Source: a virus (lineage: Duplodnaviria > Caudoviricetes). Taken from it: 52,968 nt of DNA. Position 1 is the first letter of the stretch. Each line of letters starts with the position of its first letter. Location: positions 1 through 52,968 of the IMG/VR virus record IMGVR_UViG_3300030329_000759. One strand, written 5' to 3'. A program made the translations under genes and the position numbers. Shown one piece after another: positions 36,652-46,930 of the stretch. The notes below the pieces were generated by a model. It was given only the letters and a program-made list of their open reading frames with translations, was not told the origin of the DNA and did not search any database.

Positions 36652-37719
36652 ATGGCTTTTCCTAGAGCAACGGGCCATAACAATTTACCTAATGGTAATT
36701 TTAGCCCAGTAATTTATTCCAAGCAGGTACAACTTGCTTTCCGTAAATCATCTATTGTTGAAGATATTACTAATAGTGATTATTTTGGTGAAATCGCAAA
36801 TATGGGTGATTCAGTTAAAATCATCAAAGAACCTGAAATTTCTGTTCAGACTTATAATCGTGGTACACAAATTACCGCAGAAGATATTGATGATGAAGAT
36901 TTCACATTAGTTGTTGACCAAGCCAATTATTATGCATTTAAAATGGATGATATTGAAGAGGCTCATAGTCATATAAACTTTTTATCACTAGCATCTGATC
37001 GTGCAGCTTATCGTTTAAGAGATCAGTATGATCAAGATGTTCTTGGTTATCTTTGTGGCTTTCAACAATCAGCAAAACATGGTAATGCTGATACAGCTAG
37101 AACAACCTCTCCTGGTACTAATGCTGTTTCAACAGCAGGTGATGATGAGTTATTATCTTCAATGAAGTTAAAGAAGAGTGACTTTGCTAACATTAGTGGA
37201 GGAGGCGATCATTCTATTCCTTTAGCTCCAAGACTTCCAGGACAAACTTCAGTATCTAGTGATACTGCCACATGCTTACAAGTTATTAATAGAATGGGCA
37301 GACTTTTAGATCAGCAATTTGTTGATACAGCAGATCGTTGGTTAGTTGTTGATCCTGTATTTCTTGAAATACTTAAAGATGAAGATAGTAGATTACTTAA
37401 TTCAGACTTTGGTGGATCTGGACTACAAAATGGTTTAGTTGTAAATAATTTACATGGATTTAAAGTTTATGTATCTAACAATCTGCCACAAGTAGGTACA
37501 GGTTCAGCCACTACTGGTAAAAGTAATCAAAATGATAATTTTGGTGTTATAGTAGCTGGACATGCTTCTGCTGTAGCTACTGCTCAACAGATTACAAAAA
37601 CAGAAAGCTATCGTGATCCTGACAGCTTTGCTGACATCGTGCGTGGTATGCACCTCTATGGTCGTAAGATTTTAAGACCTGAGGCAATTGTCACGGCTAA
37701 ATATAATACTGCGTCTTAA
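36652..37719 (+). CDS. Major capsid protein
   Basis: FSPVIYSK, YFGEI..GDSVKI, FADIVRGMHLYGRKILRPEA; start MAFP after GAGGAG. Confidence 0.92.
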   Translation: MAFPRATGHNNLPNGNFSPVIYSKQVQLAFRKSSIVEDITNSDYFGEIANMGDSVKIIKEPEISVQTYNRGTQITAEDIDDEDFTLVVDQANYYAFKMDDIEEAHSHINFLSLASDRAAYRLRDQYDQDVLGYLCGFQQSAKHGNADTARTTSPGTNAVSTAGDDELLSSMKLKKSDFANISGGGDHSIPLAPRLPGQTSVSSDTATCLQVINRMGRLLDQQFVDTADRWLVVDPVFLEILKDEDSRLLNSDFGGSGLQNGLVVNNLHGFKVYVSNNLPQVGTGSATTGKSNQNDNFGVIVAGHASAVATAQQITKTESYRDPDSFADIVRGMHLYGRKILRPEAIVTAKYNTAS

Positions 37720-37733
37720 TAAGGAGATAGACA

Positions 37734-38225
37734 ATGGCAACAGTAGATCAATCAAGTGGTATAAATGGAGGAACACATCCTTCAAGAGCTATCCGTAAGA
37801 TGCCTTATAAAATCGAAACGGATGTTAATTTAGCAACTGTTACAACAACTAAAGGTTCGGCTCTTGCTACAGCAGATGTAATTCAAGTCTTGGATATTCC
37901 AGCTAAGTCTTTGTTGTATGCAGCAGGACTTGAAATGGTACAAGTAGGTGATGGTGGTTACACTATAGATATGGGTGTTTCAACTGTAGATGCTGATAAC
38001 AATGTAGATGGAGTTACATGGGGATCATCAATTGCTACAGGTACAATTACTCAACAAGCAGCAGCTTATCAACCTGTAGTTGTAGGATCAGATTTAACTT
38101 TAGATCTAACACTTGCAACAGTAAGTGCAGTACCTACAACTGGTGTATTTCGTGCTTGGGCTGTTTTACAAGACATTTCTAATGATCTTGGGCCTGATGA
38201 AGTAGATCGTGATCAATTAGCTTAA
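37734..38225 (+). CDS. Capsid-associated/decoration protein
   Basis: Strong RBS; between the capsid gene and a terminator. Confidence 0.6.
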   Translation: MATVDQSSGINGGTHPSRAIRKMPYKIETDVNLATVTTTKGSALATADVIQVLDIPAKSLLYAAGLEMVQVGDGGYTIDMGVSTVDADNNVDGVTWGSSIATGTITQQAAAYQPVVVGSDLTLDLTLATVSAVPTTGVFRAWAVLQDISNDLGPDEVDRDQLA

Positions 38226-38242
38226 TGCTATATTGTTTATAC

Positions 38243-38281
38243 ATGGGTAGCTCTTGCTAAAAGGGTTACCCATTTTTTTTT
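38243..38281 (+). terminator. Rho-independent terminator
   Basis: ATGGGTAGCTCTT/AAGGGTTACCCAT stem followed by a T run. Confidence 0.9.
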
Positions 38282-38293
38282 GAAAGTAAAGTA

Positions 38294-38737
38294 ATGGCTA
38301 TAACACAGGCTTTATGTACGTCATTTAAAAAAGAATTGCTTGAAGGTAAGCATGATTTTTCTGTATCTGGAGGGCATACATTCAAGATTGCTTTATATAG
38401 TGCAGGTGCAGCATTAAGTGCAGGTACTACAAGTTTTACAACTACTGGAGAAGTTGTAGGTGCAGGATATACAAGTGGTGGAATAGATTTAACTAATAAA
38501 ACTGCTACCTCATCAGGTACAGTAGGTTTTACTAGCTTTGATGATGCTACATTTTCCAATGCATCTTTATCAGTGAGAGGTGCTTTAATATATAATTCCA
38601 CTACAGATGGTGGCTCTGGTACGACTAATGCTATTTGTGTATTAGATTTTAGTGCTGATAAAACAACAACAGCTAATGATTTTATAGTTGGTTTTCCTAC
38701 TGCCGATAGTAGTACAGCAATAATAAGGTTTGATTAA
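38294..38737 (+). CDS. Virion structural protein
   Basis: SFKKELL, FKIALY, GYTSGG, GALIYN, VLDF. Confidence 0.7.
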   Translation: MAITQALCTSFKKELLEGKHDFSVSGGHTFKIALYSAGAALSAGTTSFTTTGEVVGAGYTSGGIDLTNKTATSSGTVGFTSFDDATFSNASLSVRGALIYNSTTDGGSGTTNAICVLDFSADKTTTANDFIVGFPTADSSTAIIRFD

Positions 38738-38991
38738 TGGCAACTAGAACTATATCAAGCACTACTGGTGAATTATATGGCGTTGCTGTATATGGAACAT
38801 CAAGATATTCAATAAGTGGACAAATAACAGTTATACCTGATGGAGTGGAGGCAACAGGAAGTTTAGGAAGTGTAAACATTACAGCAACTCAATTTGATTA
38901 CACAACAGTGGCTAATAATTTTGAAAGACGTAGAACAGTTTTTGTACATAGAAGAACAACAGCTTCAGATAGAACAGTAAAGGTAGCTTAA
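38737..38991 (+). CDS. Hypothetical structural protein
   Basis: Coupled ORF; YG.A.YG. Confidence 0.6.
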   Translation: MATRTISSTTGELYGVAVYGTSRYSISGQITVIPDGVEATGSLGSVNITATQFDYTTVANNFERRRTVFVHRRTTASDRTVKVA

Positions 38992-38992
38992 T

Positions 38993-39316
38993 ATGACATT
39001 TAAATGGCCTAGTAAAGACCCTGATGAAACAGTAGATTTTAGTATGGACTGGTCGAGATATTTAAATGATCAGGCAACAATAGATAATGTTATTTGGTTT
39101 GTTGATAATGCTTCAGGAGTAAAAACAGAATTAGCTAATGCTAATGATATAGTAAATGGAATACAGTTTGTAGGTAAATCAAATACTAATACTGTAGCTA
39201 CAATAAATGTAGCATTAGGGACAAATAATTTAAAATATAAATTTAGTTGTCAAATAAGAGATACAAGTGGAACAATTGCTGAGAGAACAGTAATACTTCC
39301 TATTAAGGAATCATAA
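38993..39316 (+). CDS. Virion/tail-associated protein
   Basis: WP.KDPDE..D...DW. Confidence 0.65.
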   Translation: MTFKWPSKDPDETVDFSMDWSRYLNDQATIDNVIWFVDNASGVKTELANANDIVNGIQFVGKSNTNTVATINVALGTNNLKYKFSCQIRDTSGTIAERTVILPIKES

Positions 39317-40041
39317 TGGCATACAATTATTTAGGACTTGTTAACGAAGTCAATAGAAGGCTTAATGAGGTAGAACTTACATCTAGTAATTTTGCTAGTG
39401 CTTCAGGATTTTATGCACAAGTAAAAGATAGTGTTAATGCTTCTATTCAAGAAATAGATCAAGAATATCCTGAATGGCCTTATAACTTTGTTGAGCAAGA
39501 AGATGTATTAACTGCTGGAGTTACTAGATATAGCTTTCCAGCTAATTCAACAACTATTGATTTTGAAAGTTTTAGAATAAAAGAAGATACTACATTAAAT
39601 AACAGAACACAAAAATTACAAGTATTAACTTATGAAGAATATTTAGATAGATTTGTTGAGCAAGAATATACTACAGATACAAGTTTAAGAAGTGTTCCTG
39701 TATTTGTAGCTAAAGGGCATGGATTAGAATATATACTTTCTCCTGCACCTAATAAAGCATATACAGCAGTTTATGAATATTATTTAACTAGTACAGATTT
39801 AGTAGATTCTACAGATGTGCCTAAAATACCAGAAATATATAGAAACGTAATTATAGATGGCTCTATGTATTATGCATATATGTTTAGAGGTAATACACAA
39901 GATGCAATGGTAGCTGAGAAAAAATTTAAAGATGGTCTAAAAAACATGAGAATGGTTCTAATTAATAAGAACACTTATGTTAGATCAACTATGTTAGCTA
40001 GAACACAACGTAGTACTTATGTTTATAGATTGGCTTCATAA
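39316..40041 (+). CDS. Head-tail adaptor (tail tubular A-like)
   Basis: Size, position, LVNEV.RRLNE. Confidence 0.65.
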   Translation: MAYNYLGLVNEVNRRLNEVELTSSNFASASGFYAQVKDSVNASIQEIDQEYPEWPYNFVEQEDVLTAGVTRYSFPANSTTIDFESFRIKEDTTLNNRTQKLQVLTYEEYLDRFVEQEYTTDTSLRSVPVFVAKGHGLEYILSPAPNKAYTAVYEYYLTSTDLVDSTDVPKIPEIYRNVIIDGSMYYAYMFRGNTQDAMVAEKKFKDGLKNMRMVLINKNTYVRSTMLARTQRSTYVYRLAS

Positions 40042-42029
40042 TGCCTGATAATTTACAAACTTATGCTTTTGAATTTAAAGGTGGACTAATAAGTAATTTA
40101 GCACCTATACAGCAAGGAGTGCAACAACCTGGCACAGCTAGGATATTAAGAAATTTTGAACCATCTATTGAAGGTGGTTATAAAAAAGTAAAAGGTTATA
40201 CTAAATTTGATAGTGCTATAGTACCAGGGTTTAATACCCCTAAAGTGCATGGAGCTAGTCAATCAGGTACAACTTTAATAATAGGTAATGTACATTTTAC
40301 TCCTGTTGCAGGAGATACATTAACAATAACAGGGGTGTCTGGAACATATACAGTAGCATCAGGAGGTGTTAGTCATAGTACTACTACTAAAAGAACCACA
40401 CTTACATTAACTACAAGTTTAGATAGTAGCCCTGCTGATCAAGCTAACGTAACATTTACTACAGATTCTACAAAGACTATAAATGGTTTAGCTGCATGGC
40501 AATCATCAGTAATAGCTGTAAGAAATAATAGTGTATTTAGATCTACAGGATCAGGATTTACACAAATAAATGTAAGTCAATATGGAACACCATTAGTAAA
40601 TGGTGGAAGTCAAAGTGGTGGTACTTTAAATATTGATGGTTTAACATCAGCACCACAAGCAGGGGATACATTTACTATTGCAGGAGTAACTTTAATTTAT
40701 ACTGTAACTTCACAACCTACAGTTAATAGTGCAGGAGAAGCAGCAGTATCAATATCTCCTAATTTAGCTAGTAGCCCTAGTGACAATGCAGCAATAACTT
40801 TTTTAGTAGCATCAAAAACTAATACTGCTGTAAATAGATTTGCTAAATACAGAATAGGTACAACAGAAAAAATAGCAGGTGTAGATGGAGCTAACTATCC
40901 ATTTGTATATGATGCAACAACTTATACACCTTTAACAGGAGCACCTGATGATGTAGAAGGTGCATCACATATAGCATCTTATAAGAATCAATTATTTTTT
41001 GCTAAAGGAGATGTATTAACTTTTACTGCACCATATACAGACAATGATTTTGATACAGGAAACGGAGCAGGAAATATAAGTGTAGGTTCTGATATAACTG
41101 GTTTAATTGCTTTTAGAGATCAACTAATTATATTTAGTGAAAATAAAATAGATAAATTAGTAGGTAATACAATAGCTGACTTTATCTTACAACCTGTAAC
41201 TAGAAACATAGGTTGTATAGATTCAGATACTATTCGAGAGGTTGCAGGAGATGTAGTATTTCTTGGCCCTGATGGTATTAGATCTTTAAGTGGATCAGAT
41301 AAAGTAGGAGATTTTGATTTAGCAGTTATATCAAAACCTATACAAAAAGAAGTAACAGATGTTATTTCAGGTAACACCTCATTTTCTAGTGTCACTATAA
41401 AAAGTAAATCTCAATATAGACTGTTAGGTTTTAATAATAATATTAGTGAGGATGCAGCTACAGGTATTTTAGGAACACAACTAGCAGGGCCACAAGGAAC
41501 TATGTTTGGTTGGTCTGAGATAAGAGGGTTTAAAGCATTTGTTGCAGATAGTGATTTTAAATCTAAAACAGAAACTGTAGTATTTGCTAATACTAATGGT
41601 TATGTGTATAACATGGATTCAGGTAACTCTTTTGATAGCTCTAATATTAAAGCTACATTTGCTACACCTTTTATCCCTTTAAATGATGCAGAGTTAAGAA
41701 AAACTATATATAAGTTACATTTATATACAGAGCCAACAGGTAGTTTTGAAACTAATGCAAGTTTAAAGTTTGATTTAAATGAACAAGGTAGTGTTCAACC
41801 AGAGGCAATAGCTTTATCAAATACTGCAGCAGGGCTTTCAGGTGTATACGGAAAGATAACTTCAACGTATGGTACAGCAGTATTTGGGGGTAGATTAAAA
41901 AAGAAATTTACAGCACAGACAATAGGTTCAGGATTTAATACATCAGTACAATTTTTTTCTGATGATTCAAATCCTTCATTTTCACTAGATGCTGCAACAT
42001 TAGAATATGGTACTTTTGACAGACGATAA
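40041..42029 (+). CDS. Tail nozzle (tail tubular B-like) with duplicated insert domain
   Basis: Beta-propeller-like pattern, IGC...TI.E, FLGPDGIR; position. Confidence 0.7.
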   Translation: MPDNLQTYAFEFKGGLISNLAPIQQGVQQPGTARILRNFEPSIEGGYKKVKGYTKFDSAIVPGFNTPKVHGASQSGTTLIIGNVHFTPVAGDTLTITGVSGTYTVASGGVSHSTTTKRTTLTLTTSLDSSPADQANVTFTTDSTKTINGLAAWQSSVIAVRNNSVFRSTGSGFTQINVSQYGTPLVNGGSQSGGTLNIDGLTSAPQAGDTFTIAGVTLIYTVTSQPTVNSAGEAAVSISPNLASSPSDNAAITFLVASKTNTAVNRFAKYRIGTTEKIAGVDGANYPFVYDATTYTPLTGAPDDVEGASHIASYKNQLFFAKGDVLTFTAPYTDNDFDTGNGAGNISVGSDITGLIAFRDQLIIFSENKIDKLVGNTIADFILQPVTRNIGCIDSDTIREVAGDVVFLGPDGIRSLSGSDKVGDFDLAVISKPIQKEVTDVISGNTSFSSVTIKSKSQYRLLGFNNNISEDAATGILGTQLAGPQGTMFGWSEIRGFKAFVADSDFKSKTETVVFANTNGYVYNMDSGNSFDSSNIKATFATPFIPLNDAELRKTIYKLHLYTEPTGSFETNASLKFDLNEQGSVQPEAIALSNTAAGLSGVYGKITSTYGTAVFGGRLKKKFTAQTIGSGFNTSVQFFSDDSNPSFSLDAATLEYGTFDRR

Positions 42030-42046
42030 CAACGAGGTAATTTAAA

Positions 42047-43813
42047 ATGGGTACAGGCTACACAAGAAATGATTCAAGTAATAACATTGCTGATGGTAAT
42101 GTAATTAATGCATCAGATTTAGATGGTGAGTTTGATGCAATAGTTACTGCTTTTTCTACATCAGGACATACACATGATGGTACATCTGCTGAAGGTGGCC
42201 CAATTACTAAAGTTGGCCCTGCCCAAAATGTAGAAATTAGTGCTGCTGGCATATCTCCTTCATTAACTAATACCGTTGATCTAGGTAGTACAGCTAAACA
42301 ATTTAAAGACTTATATATAGATGGTACTGCTAACTTAGATACTGTATCAGCAGACACAGCAAATGTTGCTGGTGCAGTAACATTAGGTTCTACTCTAGGG
42401 GTAGCTGGAAATACTTCAGTTGCAGGTACTTTATCTGTAGCAGGAGAATTTACTTTTGCTACAGCTAATGTTTCTGGAACACTAGGAGTTGTAGGTGCAG
42501 CTTCCGTAGGTGGTACATTTAATGCAATTGGAAACACTTCTGTAGGTGGAACATTTAGAGTTACAGGTAATGCTACAGGTTCAGCAGATTTAGATATTAA
42601 AGGTGCAGTTTCTGTTGGAGGTGTAGGTACATTTAGTAATGCAATAGATGTTGCAGGTGGTATTTCAGGTTCTAGCACTTTAGATATACAAGAAGCAGCA
42701 TCTATAGGTACAACATTAGCAGTAACAACTAATACTGATATAGGTGGAACATTAGATGTTCAAGGTGCAGTTTCTGTTGGAGGTGTCTTAACTTTATCAA
42801 ATGAATTAAATAGTATAGAAAAAATATCAACAACTGAAAATATGTCTGTTGGTGGAACACTAACAGTTAATAATGATTATGTAGGTATTGATAGGTTTGA
42901 CAATATAGGTAATGCATCTATTGGTGGAACATTATTAGTTAATCAAGCTACAACATTAAATAATGATTTAGATGTAGCAGGTGGCATATCAGGAACAACT
43001 ACATTAGATATTAGACAAGATGCTTCTGTAGGTGGAACATTAACAGTTACTAACAATCAAGCTAATGCAGGTACTTTAAGTGTTATTGGTGCTGCTTCTG
43101 TTGGGGGAACATTAGGTATAACTAGTAATGCTTCGGTATTAGGAACACTAGTAGCTTCTGCTATAGATGTTACTTCTACTTTAGAAGTAGTGGGTGCAGC
43201 TTCAGTAGGAGGAACTTTTGGTATAACAAACAATGTTTCTGTGTTAGGCACATTAGTAGCTTCTGCTATAGATGTTACATCAACTTTAGAAGTTGTAGGA
43301 GCAGCATCTGTAGGAGCTACACTAGGTGTAACAGGTAATGCTTCTGTAACAGGTACATTAGCTATAGGTGAAGATTTATCTGTAGTTAGAGGATTTACAT
43401 TTGCATCTGCTGCTGGAACAGGTAGATTAGATGTAGTAGGACTTGCTTCAGTTGGTGGTACACTATTAAGTACAGGTGGAGTATCTGATGCTGATGGTAA
43501 TTTAAGAGATATTCCTAAGTCGAGAACATTTGCAGATACAACAGTTTCTGCTGCTCAAACGGATGCAGGTAACTTTATATTTTTAACCTCTTCTGATCAG
43601 ACAGTTGTAATTCCAACAGCATCTGGAACGTTTGATACTGGAGATATATTTAGTGTGGTTTGTGCAGGAGCATCAGCAACAATCTCATCAAATATTAGTC
43701 TTATGTTTAAAGTAGGAGAAGCATCAGCCACAGCAACAATCACTTTAGGGGCAAATAAAATAGCATCAGTTTTATTTGTTTCATCGCAACACGCATATAT
43801 CACAGGAACATAA
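42047..43813 (+). CDS. Tail fiber with ~12-aa ASVGGTL repeats
   Basis: N-terminal anchor-like region then a repetitive beta shaft. Confidence 0.8.
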   Translation: MGTGYTRNDSSNNIADGNVINASDLDGEFDAIVTAFSTSGHTHDGTSAEGGPITKVGPAQNVEISAAGISPSLTNTVDLGSTAKQFKDLYIDGTANLDTVSADTANVAGAVTLGSTLGVAGNTSVAGTLSVAGEFTFATANVSGTLGVVGAASVGGTFNAIGNTSVGGTFRVTGNATGSADLDIKGAVSVGGVGTFSNAIDVAGGISGSSTLDIQEAASIGTTLAVTTNTDIGGTLDVQGAVSVGGVLTLSNELNSIEKISTTENMSVGGTLTVNNDYVGIDRFDNIGNASIGGTLLVNQATTLNNDLDVAGGISGTTTLDIRQDASVGGTLTVTNNQANAGTLSVIGAASVGGTLGITSNASVLGTLVASAIDVTSTLEVVGAASVGGTFGITNNVSVLGTLVASAIDVTSTLEVVGAASVGATLGVTGNASVTGTLAIGEDLSVVRGFTFASAAGTGRLDVVGLASVGGTLLSTGGVSDADGNLRDIPKSRTFADTTVSAAQTDAGNFIFLTSSDQTVVIPTASGTFDTGDIFSVVCAGASATISSNISLMFKVGEASATATITLGANKIASVLFVSSQHAYITGT

Positions 43814-43816
43814 GTT

Positions 43817-44770
43817 ATGACAGGTGTACATCAATTATTAATGACAAATTTTGCAGCAGGTGGTATTGCTACTGGAGAAGGTCAACTAAATGCTTCTGGT
43901 GGTAATGAAACACAAACGATAGGCATATATAAGTATCATGTCTTTACCTCATCAGGCGACTTTACTGTAACAGGTGGTGGTAATGCCAGAGTCTTAGCCA
44001 TAGGAGGAGGAGGTGGTGGTGGACACAACGCCTCGGGTGGCGGGGCTGCAGGGGAGGTTGATGACTTTCAAGAGCTTTTAGTTTTTGATAACTCAACAAC
44101 CTATAAAGTCAGCATTGGTACAGGTACTACAAATAACGGTTCACAAACCACTATTTCGGCAGGTGGCACAAATTTAGTAGTTTCTCTAGGAGGTGGTAGA
44201 GGCGGAAATTTTAGTACGGCAGGTAATAATGGTGGGTCTGGCGGAGGCGGAGGGGCAGGTCCAAGTGCCCATACTTCAGGTTCTTCAGGGGGATCAGCTT
44301 CTGGAGATAACACAAATGCAGGTGGAACAGGAGGTCCAAATGACAGCCCTTTTGCAGGTGGAGGCGGTGGTGGTGCGACACAAGTAGGACAAAACTTTGC
44401 CAATGGAGCAAGTCATACTGCAGATAGTGAACAAATTGGAGGTGCAGGTGGCGAGGGTATTGCATTAACAGCAATTGATACTAATTTAGCTTTTGCTAAT
44501 TTTTCTTCTTTTACCGAAGCAAACTCAGGAATTGTAGCATCAGGAGGAGGAGCAGGATCAAACAGACACGGAGGTTATGATGACACTTCGGCAAGTTCTT
44601 GTGCTCAAGGTGGTACTGGAGGTGGGCGAGGTGGAAAAGCAGAAGGTGCTACTACTGATACTCACCCAACATCTGCGACATCTTTTGGTAGTGGTGGAGG
44701 TGGTGCAGGATTTACTAGCACTAATGGCTCTGGGGCTGATGGTCTCGTTATAATAAGGTATGCGGCATGA
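43817..44770 (+). CDS. Glycine-rich tail/receptor-binding protein
   Basis: YHVFTSSG, GGGGGG blocks, GLVIIRY. Confidence 0.75.
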   Translation: MTGVHQLLMTNFAAGGIATGEGQLNASGGNETQTIGIYKYHVFTSSGDFTVTGGGNARVLAIGGGGGGGHNASGGGAAGEVDDFQELLVFDNSTTYKVSIGTGTTNNGSQTTISAGGTNLVVSLGGGRGGNFSTAGNNGGSGGGGGAGPSAHTSGSSGGSASGDNTNAGGTGGPNDSPFAGGGGGGATQVGQNFANGASHTADSEQIGGAGGEGIALTAIDTNLAFANFSSFTEANSGIVASGGGAGSNRHGGYDDTSASSCAQGGTGGGRGGKAEGATTDTHPTSATSFGSGGGGAGFTSTNGSGADGLVIIRYAA

Positions 44771-45111
44771 CTAAACGAATGGCATTGATTGATACATCAA
44801 ATAATAAAGTACTTCAAATAATTGTTACTGAAGATGATTGGACAGGTGGTAATTGGTATGAAACTACCTCTGATAACTATGCTGTAATTGGTGGTACATA
44901 TTCTATAGAAAGTGGTAAATTTATAGATATACAGCCGTATGCCAGTTGGACATTAAATTCTGATAAAAAATGGCAAGCCCCTATAACAGAACCAACTCTT
45001 ACAAGTGAAGAACAAGCAGCAGGAAAATATTATGTCTGGAATGAGTCTTTATATCAGTCAGATAATACTAAAGGGTGGGTGCTTGGAACACATGAAGAGC
45101 ATCACAGTTGA
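44767..45111 (+). CDS. Tail fiber partner/assembly protein
   Basis: F...QPYASWTL....WQAP...P, Y.WNE; follows the Gly-rich gene. Confidence 0.6.
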   Translation: MTKRMALIDTSNNKVLQIIVTEDDWTGGNWYETTSDNYAVIGGTYSIESGKFIDIQPYASWTLNSDKKWQAPITEPTLTSEEQAAGKYYVWNESLYQSDNTKGWVLGTHEEHHS

Positions 45112-45578
45112 AAGTAATTAAAAATTTTTTAGAAGAGGAAGAATTTATAAAGTTACAAGGTATTTTTATGTCAGCACTTTGCCCATATTATTTTCAAACT
45201 TGTGTGGCTGATTATGGAGATAAAGACTATATGTTTACTCACACTTTATTTGATAATTACAATCCAAATTCAGAGTTATACAAATACACAGAAACATTAA
45301 TTAAAAAATTAAATGTATTTGCTTTAAAACGAATGAGAGTTATGTGTTACCCAAGAACAGAAAAATTGATAAAACATAAAACTCATGTTGACTATAAAGA
45401 AAGCCATAAAGGTGCTGTATTTTTTTTAAACACCTGTAATGGTGGATTGTATATTGGAGATAAATTTATTAAATCAGAAGAAAATACAGTAGTGAAGTTT
45501 GATTCTTCCATACCTCATGCAAGCACAAATTGTACAGATGAAAAAGCAAGATTTATTTTAAATACAAATTATATGTAA
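45108..45578 (+). CDS. 2OG-Fe(II) oxygenase-like protein
   Basis: HVD...FLN...G...FD...PH...R..LN. Confidence 0.78.
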   Translation: MKVIKNFLEEEEFIKLQGIFMSALCPYYFQTCVADYGDKDYMFTHTLFDNYNPNSELYKYTETLIKKLNVFALKRMRVMCYPRTEKLIKHKTHVDYKESHKGAVFFLNTCNGGLYIGDKFIKSEENTVVKFDSSIPHASTNCTDEKARFILNTNYM

Positions 45579-45651
45579 ATATGAACACACAAACTTCTAA
45601 TAAAATAACAAAGGCTTTTATAGACTTACTTAACAAATACAGGAGATAGCC

Positions 45652-46155
45652 ATGCTAGATCCTTTTACTTGTTTAGCTGCTGCAAATACAGCTTTTACTT
45701 TAGTTAAAAAAGTAGTTAAGACAGGTAAAGAAGCTGAAGAAGTTTATAAAGCTTTATCAAAGTGGGCAGGACATGTTAGTGATTTACAAGAATGGATGGG
45801 GGCTGAACAAAAAAAGCCTAGTATATTTAAAAAGATAACTTATAAGAAGTCAGCAACAGCAGAAGCATTTGATATGTTGATTGCTAAAAAAAGATTAGAG
45901 GAGCAAGAAAAAGAAATAAAGTCTATGTTTTATGTAGGTGCATTATGTCATTTAGGTATAGATGGTTATAGAGAGTTTATTAGACAACGAAGAGAAATAA
46001 AGGCTAAACGTGAGAAAGAAGTATATGAACAGTTTCGTAGACGTAAAGCATTTTTTCATAACACTATAATGGGTGGAGCTATAACTATATTAGTTACAAT
46101 ACTTATTAGTATGATGTGGTTTTTAATAGACATGATTACAGAGGCTAGTAAATGA
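45652..46155 (+). CDS. Coiled-coil protein with C-terminal TM helix
   Basis: AGGAG RBS; hydrophobic C-terminus. Confidence 0.7.
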   Translation: MLDPFTCLAAANTAFTLVKKVVKTGKEAEEVYKALSKWAGHVSDLQEWMGAEQKKPSIFKKITYKKSATAEAFDMLIAKKRLEEQEKEIKSMFYVGALCHLGIDGYREFIRQRREIKAKREKEVYEQFRRRKAFFHNTIMGGAITILVTILISMMWFLIDMITEASK

Positions 46156-46346
46156 TTAGCATATTATTTACTACATTAGTTACATTAACAAACTCTCAGG
46201 TAGAAGAATATATTTGTAGATTAAGTTGGTACGAAAATGGTAAGTGTGTTTATCAATGTCAAAATGGATATGATGCTTTTACTTGGGTTATACGAGAAAC
46301 AAAAGATAATAGTTGTACATTAATGAAAAAGTTTTATAAAGCATAG
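46152..46346 (+). CDS. Small Cys-containing, possibly exported protein
   Basis: Hydrophobic N-terminus; four Cys. Confidence 0.55.
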   Translation: MISILFTTLVTLTNSQVEEYICRLSWYENGKCVYQCQNGYDAFTWVIRETKDNSCTLMKKFYKA

Positions 46347-46355
46347 GAGTAAAAT

Positions 46356-46811
46356 ATGTTGCAGTTACTTACAGGACTATTACCAATAGGTGAAAAATTA
46401 GTTGAAAGATTAATACCTGATCCTACTGCTAGAGCTAAAGCTATGAAAGAGCTTAGAGCAATGGAACAAAAAGGTGAGCTTGCAAAACTAGAAGCTGAGT
46501 ATGCTGACAGAGATTCTGCAAGAGCTAGAGAAACTGCAATTGCAACTAGTGAAAATGCTAGTTGGTTAAACAAATGCGTAACTCCAATACTAGCATTAGG
46601 CACAGTAACAATGTCTTTTGCTTTATTCCTAGTTATTATATTTGCAGATGTAGATGTAAACTCAGGAGCTAAAGATATTTTAGTATATGTATTGGGTGCT
46701 TTAAATTCAGCTACTACAATGGTATTAGCATATTATTTTGGATCATCTGTAGGTAGTAAACAAAAGTCAAATGAAATAAATGATATTTTAGATAAAAAGG
46801 AGTCAAAATGA
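46356..46811 (+). CDS. Putative holin (3TM GTA-holin-like)
   Basis: DRDSARARE, two TM helices, YYFGSS; next to the endolysin. Confidence 0.75.
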   Translation: MLQLLTGLLPIGEKLVERLIPDPTARAKAMKELRAMEQKGELAKLEAEYADRDSARARETAIATSENASWLNKCVTPILALGTVTMSFALFLVIIFADVDVNSGAKDILVYVLGALNSATTMVLAYYFGSSVGSKQKSNEINDILDKKESK

Positions 46812-46930
46812 GTGATTTAACAGACGCACAAAAACGTAAGCTTGTTCGTGAATTAGAAAAAGCATCAAAGCTACATCAAAATCAAGCTAATTTAATTAAA
46901 CGTAATCTTCAAAAGAAAAAGAAAAAATAA
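46808..46930 (+). CDS. 40-aa basic peptide
   Basis: Hand-translated; ATGA and TAATG coupling. Confidence 0.55.
   Translation: MSDLTDAQKRKLVRELEKASKLHQNQANLIKRNLQKKKKK

Noticed and set aside
37700-37740. Capsid frameshift or read-through into the next gene
   Set aside because: Double TAA stop, no slippery site seen, and the next gene has its own strong RBS
42058-44474. Long antisense ORFs over the tail fiber and Gly-rich genes
   Set aside because: Shadows of low-complexity G/A/T/V codons; no RBS or motifs seen
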